Assembly: GCF_009914755.1 (NCBI RefSeq)
Contig: NC_060939.1
From: the human T2T-CHM13v2.0 reference genome, Homo sapiens
Reading direction: 5' to 3' (one strand)
DNA: 64,000 bases
A model generated the notes under the pieces. It was not told the DNA's origin. It worked only from the letters and a program-made list of their open reading frames with translations, and ran no database searches. Positions 30,420 to 45,527 of this stretch are shown piece after piece. How positions within the stretch are numbered: the first letter of the stretch is position 1; each line of letters opens with the position of its first letter. The position numbers and the translations under genes were made by a program.

Positions 30420-31832
30420 TAATTTATATTTTATTTTTTATTGAAATAGGTGGCCCAAAACTTGTGAAACAGAACTCATGCTGAAGGACGACATTAATCA
30501 TAATAATTAAAGAGACAGATATTGCTTATGTAAACCGTATAAAGAATTAAAAACAAATCCAATTCTGACTTTCAATGTTGTTTCAACACCGAAAAAATAT
30601 GATGGCTTATTCTTTGGTATGAGAAGTCATTTTGATGGTATTTTTACCCTATTAAACAAAAATGGGATTTAAAAATCTGGTTCGGGATGTTCAAAGATAA
30701 TTGCTAAGGCAAATTTTGCAATTTGAGAAAACCTAACTGTAATGATCCATTTATTCAGTTATTTGTTAATACTCAAATTAGTAATTTTCACTCTGAATGG
30801 TAAATAAAATGTTAATAAAAAATAACAAGACATATAAACTTTCCCTAATGAGATGCAGTTAATAAAAACGGTTGTTTACTTCAGAGTATTTACTATAAAC
30901 ATGTCCACTTATGTTATTTTATTGCTATCTATATACTCTTTCAGTTTACTGTATTACTGTACTTTTCTCTAAAACTTTAAAAATCTGTTATCTAAAATCA
31001 ATTCTCTAATGCTAATTTTGCAGGAAAACTGTATTTCACATTATTAATCTCATTAATATAACTTTCCTATAAATAAGCATGAAACATTTGGAGGATGCAT
31101 ATATAATGAGTGCTTGGTTACTATAGTAGCGAATGTCAAACTAATTGCTAAAAAAAGTCTAAAGGTTTTCACACTTTGAAAAATCTAGTATATCATCTAT
31201 CATTATTCTCCAATATTGTGGCAAGAATAGTCACCGCAAGTAAAAATTAAGATACTGTTGTAGAGATTAAGGCAATTTTATTATAAATTCCTGATATATT
31301 CCACCCCTGCCTGTTCTTAATCTAAATGTAATTTAGCACTGCAAACCATTTATGAAAATAAATTTATTTTAAAAGGCATAAAAGTTATTAGTGTAAAAAG
31401 AAAAAATATCTATACCTACAAAAAAGGCCAAAGACACTAATGAAGTTACCTCAGTAAAGATACTGTAACATGTAACTTGGCCAGCCAAGTTACAACACAT
31501 TCCTCACAACTGTATTATGTCTCAAGGTTCTGAGGATCTGAAAGGTCTTTTGATCCACCTAAAAGTGGCCACCAACCAAATTAATTTCTCTGAAAGACAT
31601 CTTTAAGCAATTATTTCAGCCTAACCTCGCTTCATATGGACTCACTCAGATGGCTCATGTTTTATTAGGGACTTGAAGGTTTAAAAATATGTAGTCAATC
31701 CAGGGCAAAGTTATGTTGTTTGCCTATTTGTAAAATTAACACATACAGAAAATAAGATTCAAACTGATATTGAAAAAGACTAACATATTCATCTAATTTT
31801 AAAAAAAAACCTACCAATAGAACAAAATATAT

Positions 31833-31838
31833 TTTATT
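31833..31838 (-). terminator. Candidate proximal polyadenylation signal AATAAA about 100 nt after the stop
   Basis: TTTATT on + strand; downstream U/GU-rich tract (UAGGUUUUUUUUU). Confidence 0.5.
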
Positions 31839-31940
31839 TTAATTATACCAGCACAGTAAGGCCCAGAAAGACCATGGAGTTGCACAAAGAATGTTCAGCA
31901 CCAGCAAGATAAAACAGATACTGGCAGTCAGTGCTAACGG

Positions 31941-32012
31941 CTAGCACACAAGCCCCTGCCGCATTTGTATGATCTGGAGCAGAGCCTCCTGAACATCTTC
32001 ATCCATGTGACC
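31941..32012 (-). CDS. UACA: UACA exon 19 coding part, GHMDEDVQEALLQIIQMRQGLVC*
   Basis: acceptor ctccgaAG after a pyrimidine tract; TAG at 31941-31943. Confidence 0.95.
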   Translation of the reverse strand, partial: GHMDEDVQEALLQIIQMRQGLVC

Positions 32013-32200
32013 CTTCGGAGAAAGAAGAAAGAGGAGCATTATTTTATGTCATCTTTGTTTACATAAGAATTCTAAAGATAAAGCTTTTACAGAGCATAAC
32101 TAGTCATTGATTCATCAAATGCTAAATCCTCATCATTGTGATTTCTAAAGGAATTACTGGAAAAGGGAGTACAGCCCTATCATGAAAATAAGATCAATTA

Positions 32201-32512
<312 letters not shown>

Positions 32513-32683
32513 CTAACTTCCATTACCAGAAAACAAATGGATAAACCTCCCTCTTTCTCTTTTTTAATAACAGCCTTGGATGATAGGGGCAGCATAAGTT
32601 ATAAATGAACAAAGTAAACTACAAGGAAATCTGTTGTTGTTGCTGCTGAGGTTTTTTGTTTGTTTGTTTAGAAAACTAACTGA

Positions 32684-32980
32684 TGGCTGAACATGGTGGC
32701 TCACACCTGCAATCCCAGCATTTTGGGAGGCCAAGGTGGGAGGATCACTTGAGGCCAGGAGTTTAAGACCAGCCTAGACAATACAGTGGAGACTGTCGCA
32801 AAAACTTAAAAAAAAAAAAAAAAATTAGCTGGGTGTGGTGGCATGTGCCTGTAGTCCCAGCTACTTGGGAGGTTGAGGGAGGATGATCACTTGAGCCCAG
32901 GAGTTGAGGCTGTATGAGCTATGATTGTGCCACAGCACTCCAGCCTGGATGGCAGAGCAAGAATCTGTCTCCTAAAAAAA
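32684..32980 (+). mobile_element. AluJ in intron 18
   Basis: J-type diagnostics (GAGGATCACTTGAGG, GAGCTATGAT). Confidence 0.9.
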
Positions 32981-34278
32981 TTTAAAATTTAAGTAATTGA
33001 TTTAAAAAACCCATATTTATGTTTTTACGTAAATAAGATTATATAACACATACTATTTTGTAACTTGTTTTTTTATGTAGTGTCACAGAAATCTTTCCCT
33101 TGAGCTACCCAATTATTTTAAATTATTGTATAATATCCACTGCATGGACATATTACATTTCTTTACCCATTCCCCTAACGATGGACATTTAAGGTATTTC
33201 CAATCTTAATGGAAAGATTACTAGAGAAGAAATTGCTGGGTCAAAAAGCAGTCTCAATTTTTAATTCTGTTAAGTACTACAAAATTTCCCTCTACAGAGA
33301 TTGTAACAATCTGTACACTACCATCAATGGAGTGAAAATGCCCATTTCCCATACACTCTGGCTAACACGATAGACTATAATCTTGTGTAATATTGCCAGT
33401 CCCACAGGTGAAAAATGGTATGTTCTTATTCATTTGCATCTCCCCCATTACTGATGAAACCAAGTATCTTTTTTACATGCATGTTAGCCATTTATATTTT
33501 TAAAAAATACTTTAAACTTAAAATGGTGGCACGAGTTGATTAAATGCAACTCAATATGGTGGGCTTATTAAAATACCGCACCCCCTCCCAACACACACAT
33601 TTTTTTTTTCCTGGAGTACTTAAATAGGTTTCAGCACAACACTTCCTATTAATATGAAAAGTTTTGCTTCCAAAATCTGTTTCTACAACAGCAGGATGTT
33701 TACATTTCAAACATTAGCCATAGTTGACTGAACTGAATTTCTTAGTTAACTTTATGATGCCAGAAGGCAAGACTATTTCTGATGTCAATTGCTTTTGTTA
33801 TGTTTCATTAGGACACAGTAGAAAATAATTTCAAATTCCGGAAGTGCATATTATACAAAGTGGAAAGGCTTGTTAGTTTGCTGTATTTTTCATTAGGAGC
33901 AACCTCTTCCTCTCATGGCCAATACTAGTGAGTTTCTCAGCCTCTCTAATACAGATTTTCTGCTATTTCCCCACTTGAACTTCCTATTCACTGTCCCTCA
34001 ATAATCTTCTCTAATAATTGCAATAAACTTTAAGATTCTAGTTTATCTCTGATTTGCTCAAAAGAGAGTAGCTAAGATCCCTTGTTCTATCATATCATTC
34101 ATTCTTTTTCATTAGTTTCCCCTCCATTTCCTATAGAAGAGGCAGGTCTATTGATTTTAAGAATTTGATATCATAAAGTATCTTTCTTTTTATTATTTTA
34201 TCTAGTTCTCTTTTTAAAATTGTTCTTTTTTTGAAGCTTTCTCTCAACATCCATCTTTCCCTTCTTCATTTTTTGTTT

Positions 34279-34312
<34 letters not shown>

Positions 34313-35037
34313 TGTTTTTACAGTGTGGCCTAACATACTTCAAATCCAAATAATTCCCAGGATCTCTGTCATTCTAAAATTTGTTTCTTTTAGTACATTT
34401 TCTTCCTGAAAAAAAATCTATTCTGAGAATTTTGAAGATGCTGCTCACGGGGTTTCTACAGGAAATTAAGCATAGTATCCTTTATATGTTAGTAATTTCT
34501 TAGTATGATTTTAACAATAACTTTCTCAGTACACCCCTAAAAAAGGGAATTCATACTGTTATTCCTTAATTAATCCTTGGCTTTACCAAGCCAAGTTAAG
34601 GCTTGGTAAAACAGATCATTTTTAATTACTACAATCCTATACACATAACACCCTGCTTGTCACTTTTGTACTTTTCTAGTATTCAAAGCCATTCCCACTC
34701 TCCTCTTAGATGACAGCCACACGTGGATGTCAAGGCATTATCTCCAGCTAGCAACACCATTAACGTGTGCTACCATCACATGTTACCAAACTGTCTATAA
34801 ACTGAGTGACAAGCAGATGGAGACGACACTAAATTTAAGATGTTGTGTTGCCATATAGCTTTGTAAATTTTTCTGGGAGATCCACAAACAATGATTAAAA
34901 GAAACATAATTATTTTTAAATAAGCATAGGGGGTGCAGCTACTTTAAACATCAATTACTTTCACATAAATTTATTTGAAAATAAAAAATTATTATCTCTA
35001 AAGCAATATTTTTTCCAAAGGAGAAGTAGTTCTTTAC

Positions 35038-35103
35038 CTGTGCAGCACTAAGAAGGTGTGTCCGATAAATTGCAATTACTTCTTGGTGCTGTCTGTCAGC
35101 ATC
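35038..35103 (-). CDS. UACA: UACA exon 18 (66 nt), DADRQHQEVIAIYRTHLLSAAQ
   Basis: acceptor ttctAG, donor GTaaag. Confidence 0.95.
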
Positions 35104-35606
35104 CTAGAAATGTGGAAAGATGGACAGATGTGACTATCAGCGTTCACATTTCCAAACTTTGGACAATGCTCAGGCTTCATGCTACAAAACTATTATTATT
35201 ATTAAGGCGATCCTGCTACTTCTAACAACAAACTACCTTGGACCTACCAGATGCAGAATTTCAAAACGTAACAATATAAACTTCTGTAAAGAATGTGTGG
35301 CTAATGACAGTAATGCTACTTTCCCTAAGCAACATCAAATTATTGCTTTAGTTCATATCTAGTGCCATGAACTTCTGAAGACACTTATCACATGTCTGGA
35401 TTATTGCAAACGCTTCCCATCCTGTCTTACTATCTCCACACTATATTCCTTACCATGCCTCTGAGACTAAGGTACCTATTTCCTCACATCACTTTTGGCT
35501 CAAAAACCTTGAGTGACACTTCTTTACATACATGAGAGAATCCAAATTCATCAGTTTGGTTCTCAATGACTTCCACAGTTTGGCTTCAAACATTAACTTT
35601 CAAATA

Positions 35607-35937
35607 CAGCAGTCCCCTCTTATTGGCAGTTTTGCGATGAGCAGTTTCACTTTCTCTATTTCTGTTGCCCATGGTATAATACAATATTTTGAGATATAGA
35701 GAGAGACCACATTCACATAACTTTTATTACAACATATTGTTATAATTGTTCTATTTTATTATGTTGTTATTAATCTCTTACTGTGCCCAATTTATAAATT
35801 ACTCTTTATCACAGGTATGTATATCTGGGGGGAAAACATAGCTTATATAGGGTTCATTCAGCAGGTCCTATCCATGGTTTCAGGCATCCACTGGGGATCT
35901 TGGAACATACCCTCAGTGGATAAGAGAGGGACTACTC
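35607..35937. mobile_element. MER2 (Tigger-family MITE)
   Basis: TA-flanked CAG.AGTCCC...GGGACTACT terminal inverted repeats; AGAGACCACATTCACATAAC core. Confidence 0.85.
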
Positions 35938-36568
35938 TACAGGCAGGGCTTTTACTGCCCTCTGGCCATGCCACTTGTATTCCATCTCCACGCTTCTTTT
36001 ACACTATTTTCTTTAGATGGAAGAGCCTCTACTTTCCTTTCACCTACCAAAATAGCATCTACGTTACAAGTTCAAGCCAGGTACTCCCTTCTTTAAAAAC
36101 TAGCTTCTACCACACCACTAATCTTTCCTTCCTGGAAACCCCTATCACTTAGAATCTGCATTCTCAGTTCTACATTTGACATCTCTCATCTTGTGATTTT
36201 TACTTTTTATGAATCTGTATTTTGCCTCTCTAACTACCCAGAACTCCTTGGGGACAGGAATGGCATACTTTCTTTATCCCACTTAGCACAGGGTCATGAA
36301 CATAATAAACAATAAACAAATATTTCCAATTATTAAAGGGACACTATACTCTTTGGATAAGATCCAAATCCACAATTTGCCATCCTTAATCTGTAGGCCT
36401 ACAGTGTTAAAAAATAAACACTAAAAAAGAAACAAAACAAAAAACCTTTCTTCTATTAAAAAATAACTCAAACAATTCTATGAAATAGGGAAACATCAGC
36501 AACAATTTACATGTGACTGGGCCGTTTTACTTAGCATTTCAATGTGTATTAGTGCATAATTAAAAGCA

Positions 36569-38920
<2,352 letters not shown>

Positions 38921-39548
38921 ATGTAAACAAGTAATCAGTTATTATTCTATTTTCTTGATGAGAAAACCAAGAGTTAAAGGGAATGTTCCTTGCCACTTCC
39001 TTGTAAGTGGCAGGACTTAGACCAGACCTTCCAACATTAGCTTCTAAATCCAGGCACTTATCCTTCTATATAAGGTATAAAACCATAGGAATGCCTCTTT
39101 ATTCACAAAGATAAAAGATTATTTTAAAACCTCCTTTAGTTTAGTGGACCAATATTTTAGAGAGCACCCTGCAATGAGAAAGATGCTGGATTTGGAGTCA
39201 GCCAGTTCCAGGTTTATACCCCAGCTGAATGACCCCAGGCATCAAATATGTTATTCTTTGTTTCCTTAAGAATTAAATGGAGGGAATAAATCTGCTTTGT
39301 GAGATCATGATGAAGATAAAGTTTATAGATAAAGTACGTAAAATGTTTAATATGGTGCCTGGTGTATAGTAGGCATCAAATAAGTATTATTACACCACCA
39401 GTATAGGTAACTTTTCGCATATAAAAATAATTATATTCTTGGATCCGAACATAGCTACAGAGCACTTTAATTTCTAAATGAGCCTTACAAACTAACTACA
39501 GGGAGCCAGCACATATTCCTGCAAAGCCCCGTGTGCCTGGTTACTCAC

Positions 39549-39701
39549 GGCCAGCTGTTGCTCCAGAGATTTCACTTGGTGCTGCAGAGTGTCAATCAGC
39601 TGGCTCTGCCTCTTGGTGGGGTTCCCACTTGTGTAGGTGAGTTGGGAAAGGCCATTGAGTGCCTGTTTTAATCTTTCCACATCATTAAGCAGTTCAGTTA
39701 T
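39549..39701 (-). CDS. UACA: UACA exon 17 (153 nt), ITELLNDVERLKQ...SLEQQLA
   Basis: acceptor ttttaaAG, donor GTgagt. Confidence 0.95.
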
Positions 39702-40345
39702 CTTTAAAAAAATGTTGTAGGAGAAATATATTATTCACTTATCATGTACAATGAACATCTTTGTACAGAAATCATTCCTTTTTGGAGACAGAAGCTTTAT
39801 CTTTATACACCAGAAAATTGAGGTATGAATATTGCCAAGACTGTTACCAAGGATGTATACAATATGTAATTTATAATTAAATCCCTCTCCAGAAATTATT
39901 TACAAAAGCAATACCAAATTAAGAATAAATATTACATATATCCTAAGATGTGAGTATAAACATAGTCTTACTTTTAGCTAATATATAAGCATCTACGAAG
40001 GCACATGAACTATCTTCCAGGTAACATATGGAACACAGGAAGGGAAGGGGGATTCCCAGCAACAAAGTGTGAAAAGTAAAAGGGTGTGGCCCGTGTAAGT
40101 CTAGGATTAACATATGTTCCTTTTTCCTTTCAAGAGTTGTATTATTTAAGACCACTTTGTTGTAGAGAGAAAAAAAACAAGGAGGCTTGTTTATAGGAAT
40201 AGGAAGTGCCTAGAAACATAGCATTTTTCCACCCTGCTTTAAAGTCAGACAGAGTCAACTTGTATGAGCTTGGCTAATTTACTTTTCTGAGCCTTAGATT
40301 CCACATTGGTGAAAGGTGGACAATCTTTCAGAGTTAAGAAAATCA

Positions 40346-40465
40346 GGTTGGGCACAGTGGCTCACACCTATAGTCCCAACACTTTGGGAGGCTAAGGCAG
40401 GAAGATTGTTTAAACTCAGGAATTCAAGACCAGCCTGGGCAATATAGCAAGATACCATCTCCTCC
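40346..40465 (+). mobile_element. FLAM / Alu left monomer
   Basis: GGGCACAGTGGCTCACACC..CAAGACCAGCCTGGGCAA. Confidence 0.85.
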
Positions 40466-41610
40466 CCCACAAAATTTTTTATTGAAAAATAATAATAGAA
40501 AAAAAACAAAGAAAATGAAATGCAATTACATGCACCCGCTCAATAAATGGCAACAAGTAGATATTAATAATTAACTCTTATATATTACTATATATATTCA
40601 TAGGTACCTTCTGAACAAGCTTAGAGCATTTAAATTCTCAATCACAGAGATGGTGTGCCAGAGGACAGTATGTACAAGTACTTTCCACTGGGGAGGGCAG
40701 TCTGTGTCTGTGTTTACTCCACTGTATCCCCAGCACATGACATGCAGAAGGCATTTAATCATTACATGTTGAATGGATAAAACTGCAGCCAATCTTTATA
40801 TGTCATATCCATAGTAAAAACTTTATGCAACATCAGTGTCAAAAATATTGTTGAGTACCTATTCTGTAAATTGTACCATGAGAATTAAAGCTAAGATGGA
40901 AAGTTAAGTTATAAACCCTGCTCATAAAAACTGATTGGGAAGATCAACTACATAATTCTAACAAGGTAATATAAATGTTTTAAATGGATGGCAAAGCCAC
41001 AGTAAAACATCCACCTTAGAGGAGGAACTGTTTACTATAGACTAGATTGGACAGTGAGGGCTTTAAGAAGGAGGATAACATGTTAATGAATGTATAGGAT
41101 TCAACTCAGTAGAAAGGAGGGAAAGGACATTCTGGGTGAGGGGATGTAGACTTTCTAGTCTGTAGAAAGACATGAGCAACAGAACATAAAATGAATTGGA
41201 GGGCTCAGTTTACTACTATGGGTGAGTACCGAGATCAACTCTAGATGCTCCCCAGTGTTCTTGGTTTCTTGCAGCCCAGAAAGAGAGCTTCCCCACCACC
41301 CTCTTCCCCATCTTTCATATGCCACAAACCCACTGGCTTTTGACTCTTCATGTATGAGACAAGTGAGCCTTAAGTCTCCCCATCGTTCCTGAATTCTTGG
41401 CTAGAACAGCTAAAGAAACAGAAGGAAAAATGCTTTTGACTTTTGTGTTACTTCACTTTTTTTTTCAATTCGGAATTTTTGCACACAAGTTGCTAAACTG
41501 GAAAGGGTCACTTTGTTAATACCTGTGTCTACTTTCCTGTGAGATTCTGTGGTAAAGAGCACTGCTCTGGGGTTTCCAACACATAGCCGTGCAGACTACT
41601 TTGTACCTAC

Positions 41611-44349
41611 CTTATTATCTTTTGCTTCTATTTGTTTAGCAGATTCTTGTATTCTTCTTTGTAACTCTGTGATTGTTGTTAAGGACTTATCACATCGTTC
41701 CTTCTGATCCTTAATTTCTTGCTCAATGCTGAAATGCAGTAATTCCTTCTCATCTTTTGCAGATATTTCCTTCTTTTTGGCATGCAAAACTTCCTCACAT
41801 ACTTCCTCATACTTTCTATTCAGATTGGCCAATTTTTCATTTAAGCTAGAAATCTGTGTCTCCAAATCACTTTTTGTTGCTTTATATTTAGACAAGTCAA
41901 CTACCTCTCTAGTCTCTAATTTTTTTAATGCTTGTTTAGTATTCTGAACCTCCGACTGAAGTTTGGAGACTTCTTCCATTTTGTTTTGGCTTTCTTCTTC
42001 CTTTTCTCTCAAGCTGGCTTTTATGATTCCAACTTCTTTCTCAAATGCTTCTTTAATCTGCAAATGCTCTGCCAGGGGTACAGAAGAGTTCTTTTGATTC
42101 TCCAACAATTGATGCAGTTTGGTCACTGTCTGCTGCTCTTTCTCGTAACACCTTTGCATACTCTTCAGTTCTTCCTTTAGATTTTCAATTGTGCCATTAA
42201 GAGATTTTTTCAGAGCCTCAACCTGTTCCAATGGAACATGTTGTTTTTGCAAAAGATTTTGCACTGCAAGTATCTCAGAAGTCTGTTTGGCATTTTCTTC
42301 TACTAGCTTCTCTTTCACATTCTTTACTTCCGTGTATTTCTGTGACAAGTCTTTTAACTGTTTGTTTAGCTCGTCTGTTTTTCTGCTTAATGCTCTTTCC
42401 ATTTCATGAGACTTCTCAATGAGAACTGTCTTATCTCTCAAATCTTTCTGAAGGGTAAAAATCTCCTTCTTTAACTTGTCATTCTCTTGCTTGTTTTTCT
42501 TGACTTCTTCTTCACTGACACTATACTTTTGTGTCTGCTCTGATAACTGGTCTTTTAGTTCTTTCTCTGTTGCTTTAAATTTTCTCTCGCACTCCTCAAA
42601 GCTGACAATTGGGGCATATTTTACCTTAATGCATTCTTGTATTGTGTCGAGCTCCTTCTTCTGGGCTTTAATTTCGGCATGCAGTGTCACAATCTCTTCT
42701 TGGCCTTTTCTGTAGTTGGCCAAGATTTCAGCATTACTATCCTGCACCTTTCTCATGCTCTGACTTAGCGAGCTCATCTTTGCCTCGTGCTCTGCCAGGC
42801 TGATGTACTCAGCTTTTATTTGGTTCTGAGTGTTTTCCAGGTTTCTTTTTAATATTTCATTCTTATCTTTTATTTTTACAAATTCCTGATTTATATCTTC
42901 AAATTTTTTCTTCACATCTAATAATTCTCTGTTAGTTTTGGCTAACGTGTCATTCAGTGTCATTTTAACCTCTTCATGGGTTTTAACTGGCACATACTGA
43001 TTACTCATCATCTTCTTCAAGTTAGTGTTTTCAGATGTGAGAGCGTGTATTTTCTCCTGGTCTTCACCACATTTTTTCTTAAGTTCAGACAGCTGTTTCT
43101 TAAGTTCAACAATATTGGATTTCAGAGCTATTATCTCTTTTTCATGTTTCTCAGGAGGTACAAACACAGTTTCTAGGCGGCTTACATCCTTACTTAAGCT
43201 GTCATTTTCCAGTAGCAATTTCTCCATTTCCAACTTCTTTTCTGTATATTTTTGTGTTACATCTAAAAGCTTTCTATTAAGATCATCAATAATTGCATCA
43301 TGTGACTTTTTCATGTCTTCACTTACTTTTAAAGGAACATAATGATTTTTCATTTCAATTGTTAAGTTATGTGCTTGCTCCTTGAGGAGCTTATTATCCA
43401 AATAAACTTTTTCAATTTCCTTTTGTAGTGTCTGATTTTTCAATGTTAACTCAGTGATCTTCTTCCCAAGTTCTCCTGATTTCTGTTCTAATCTGCTCTT
43501 AACCTGTTCATGTTCCTCTGGTTTGACGTGCTGAGCAAGCTTGGCCTTAACATTCTCAAGTTCTCTCTTTAACTGTCTAATTTCACTAAGTGATTTTTCA
43601 TGTTCTCTTTCCATTTCTACTAATTTTTTTGCTTTCTCATTCACTTCATTTGATAATGAGCTCTTCATGTTTTCAAATTTTTCAGCTGGAATGGAAAGGG
43701 CCAACTTCGCTGACAATTCTTTTGCCTGGCCTTCCATCTCTGTGACCTTTCTTCCTTTCTTCTCTCGCTCCATTTCACACATACTAAGTTCCTTCTGTAA
43801 TCGCTTATTTTCTTCTATCAGCTTGCCTTCATCCCTCTTAAACTCTTCTACTATCATCTCATTTTGTTTGATTTGGTTTCTTAATTTCCCCACTTCTGCT
43901 GAAGCACCTTCATATTTTACTTTCAAGTCTTTCAACTGATCCTTCAGTTCCTCGGTTAGTCTGTGATTCCCTGAGGCTGCTTCACTTGTTAAGTGTTCTT
44001 TAAGGGCAAGAAAATGGGTCTGCATTTGTTTAACTTTACCTTCTGACTCATACATCCTCTTCTGCACATCTTTTAATGCATCTTCTAATTGCTTTATCTG
44101 TTCATCTGAATCCTCCTTGACCCTTTCACATTCTAATGCTAAAGCTTTGCATTCTGCCACTTTGTGTGCCAGTTCATTTTGGAGCTTCAGTCGGTCTTGT
44201 TTTGCTGACTCACAGAAAGTTCGCATTGCTTCTAACTCTTTCTTTAAAATTTCATTTTCAGAGTATGACGTTTGACTGGGTAAAGATAGTTCCAGAGGTC
44301 TTAACATAGATCTGCTTTGCATATGGGCTGGTATACCTGGGGAAGTACA
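41611..44349 (-). CDS. UACA: UACA exon 16, giant internal exon (2739 nt, 913 codons) encoding the coiled-coil rod
   Basis: 926-aa ORF; strong poly-T acceptor ttttcAG at 44350-44351, donor GTaggt at 41609-41610. Confidence 0.98.
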
Positions 44350-44939
44350 CTGAAAAGAAAAAAAAAAAGACATCAATCACAAAAGCCTAAATGAGACATT
44401 TACTATACTTATTTGCCAAACTTAGAGAAAGTTAGCACATCATCAGGAATCAAAGGGTTTTCAGATTAGGCAGTAAGATGGAAAAAAAATCACAATGCTG
44501 ATTTTTGTGGTAAGGAAACAGTTCTGGATATGATTTCCTTAATACATTCACAACATTTTGAGAGTTCTGTTCACGTAAGTCTATTTCTGGCAGAACAACG
44601 GACAATGGCCATGGCTACTGGGTGCTATTTTGTCTTTCTTCCCCCATTCATTAACACCTACCCACACATGAATATCATCAACTTTATCAAAACATATTTA
44701 TTATTTCTATGTTTTATGGTACATAATGTGCTTAGAACTTTAAATTCTGAAGAAAACCATCATATCCTTGAATAAAAACAAGTACTGCGATTTTAAATTT
44801 GCAGATAATTTCATAGAATTATAGATTTAACTAATAAGATTTTTGACTTCTGCGTACCTTCACTGTTAATCCAACAGAATATTCTCTGAATTATAAAAAT
44901 ACCACGAAAAGAAACCCAGCTAGTTATCAGAGTTGTCAA

Positions 44940-45527
44940 GAGAATGATTGGTCACAGCCAGCACCAGGGAAAGAGAGTCTCCCAATAGACAGAAAACACC
45001 TGGAGCTGGTGACAGCAGCTTCCTGATAAGATCTCCGGAGCTGGGTGAGCAGGCTCAAGCATGCGCACTAAGAGGCAAAATGGTGGATGTATGACCTTCT
45101 TCAGGGAGCATTTGACTGGTAAAGGAAAATAGCCCCTAGAGAGCAGGTGCACAACCTTAGTAAAGGCACTACACATGTGGCCCCTCCTAAGTGCTGACAG
45201 GCCACTATGCATGCAGATAGCCTGCCCCCAAGAGAAGAATCAAGGGAGGAGAAATGCAAACCCCAAAACCAAGCCAGTGCATAAAAATCCCAAGCCAAGG
45301 GCTGAACAGGGTACTGGGATCTCTCAAGCCGCCCACTTGGCCTTCTTCCAAGTGTACTTTGCTTCCTTTCGTTCCTGCTCTAACACTTTTTAATAAACTC
45401 ACTCCTGCCCTAAAACTTCCCTTGGTCTCTCCCTCTGCCTTAAACCTACTTCTGCCCCTCAGCCGAATCCTTTCCTCTGAAGAGGCAAGGATAGAGCTTG
45501 CTGCAGACCCCTACAGATTTACTGTTA
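44940..45527 (+). mobile_element. ERV1 LTR (MER50-like, 5'-partial) in intron 15, antisense to UACA
   Basis: ATTGGTCACAGCC..GATAAGATCTC..AAGCATGCGCACTAAGAGGCAAAATGG; CATAAAA at 45280 and AATAAA at 45392. Confidence 0.75.

Noticed and set aside
41726-43939. Multiple + strand Ser/Phe-rich ORFs
   Set aside because: Antisense shadows of the Lys/Glu-biased UACA exon.
44350-44376. N-terminal MMSFFFSFQ of the 926-aa ORF as a real start
   Set aside because: It is the polypyrimidine tract and acceptor of exon 16; the VGTK tail at 41596-41610 is likewise intronic.
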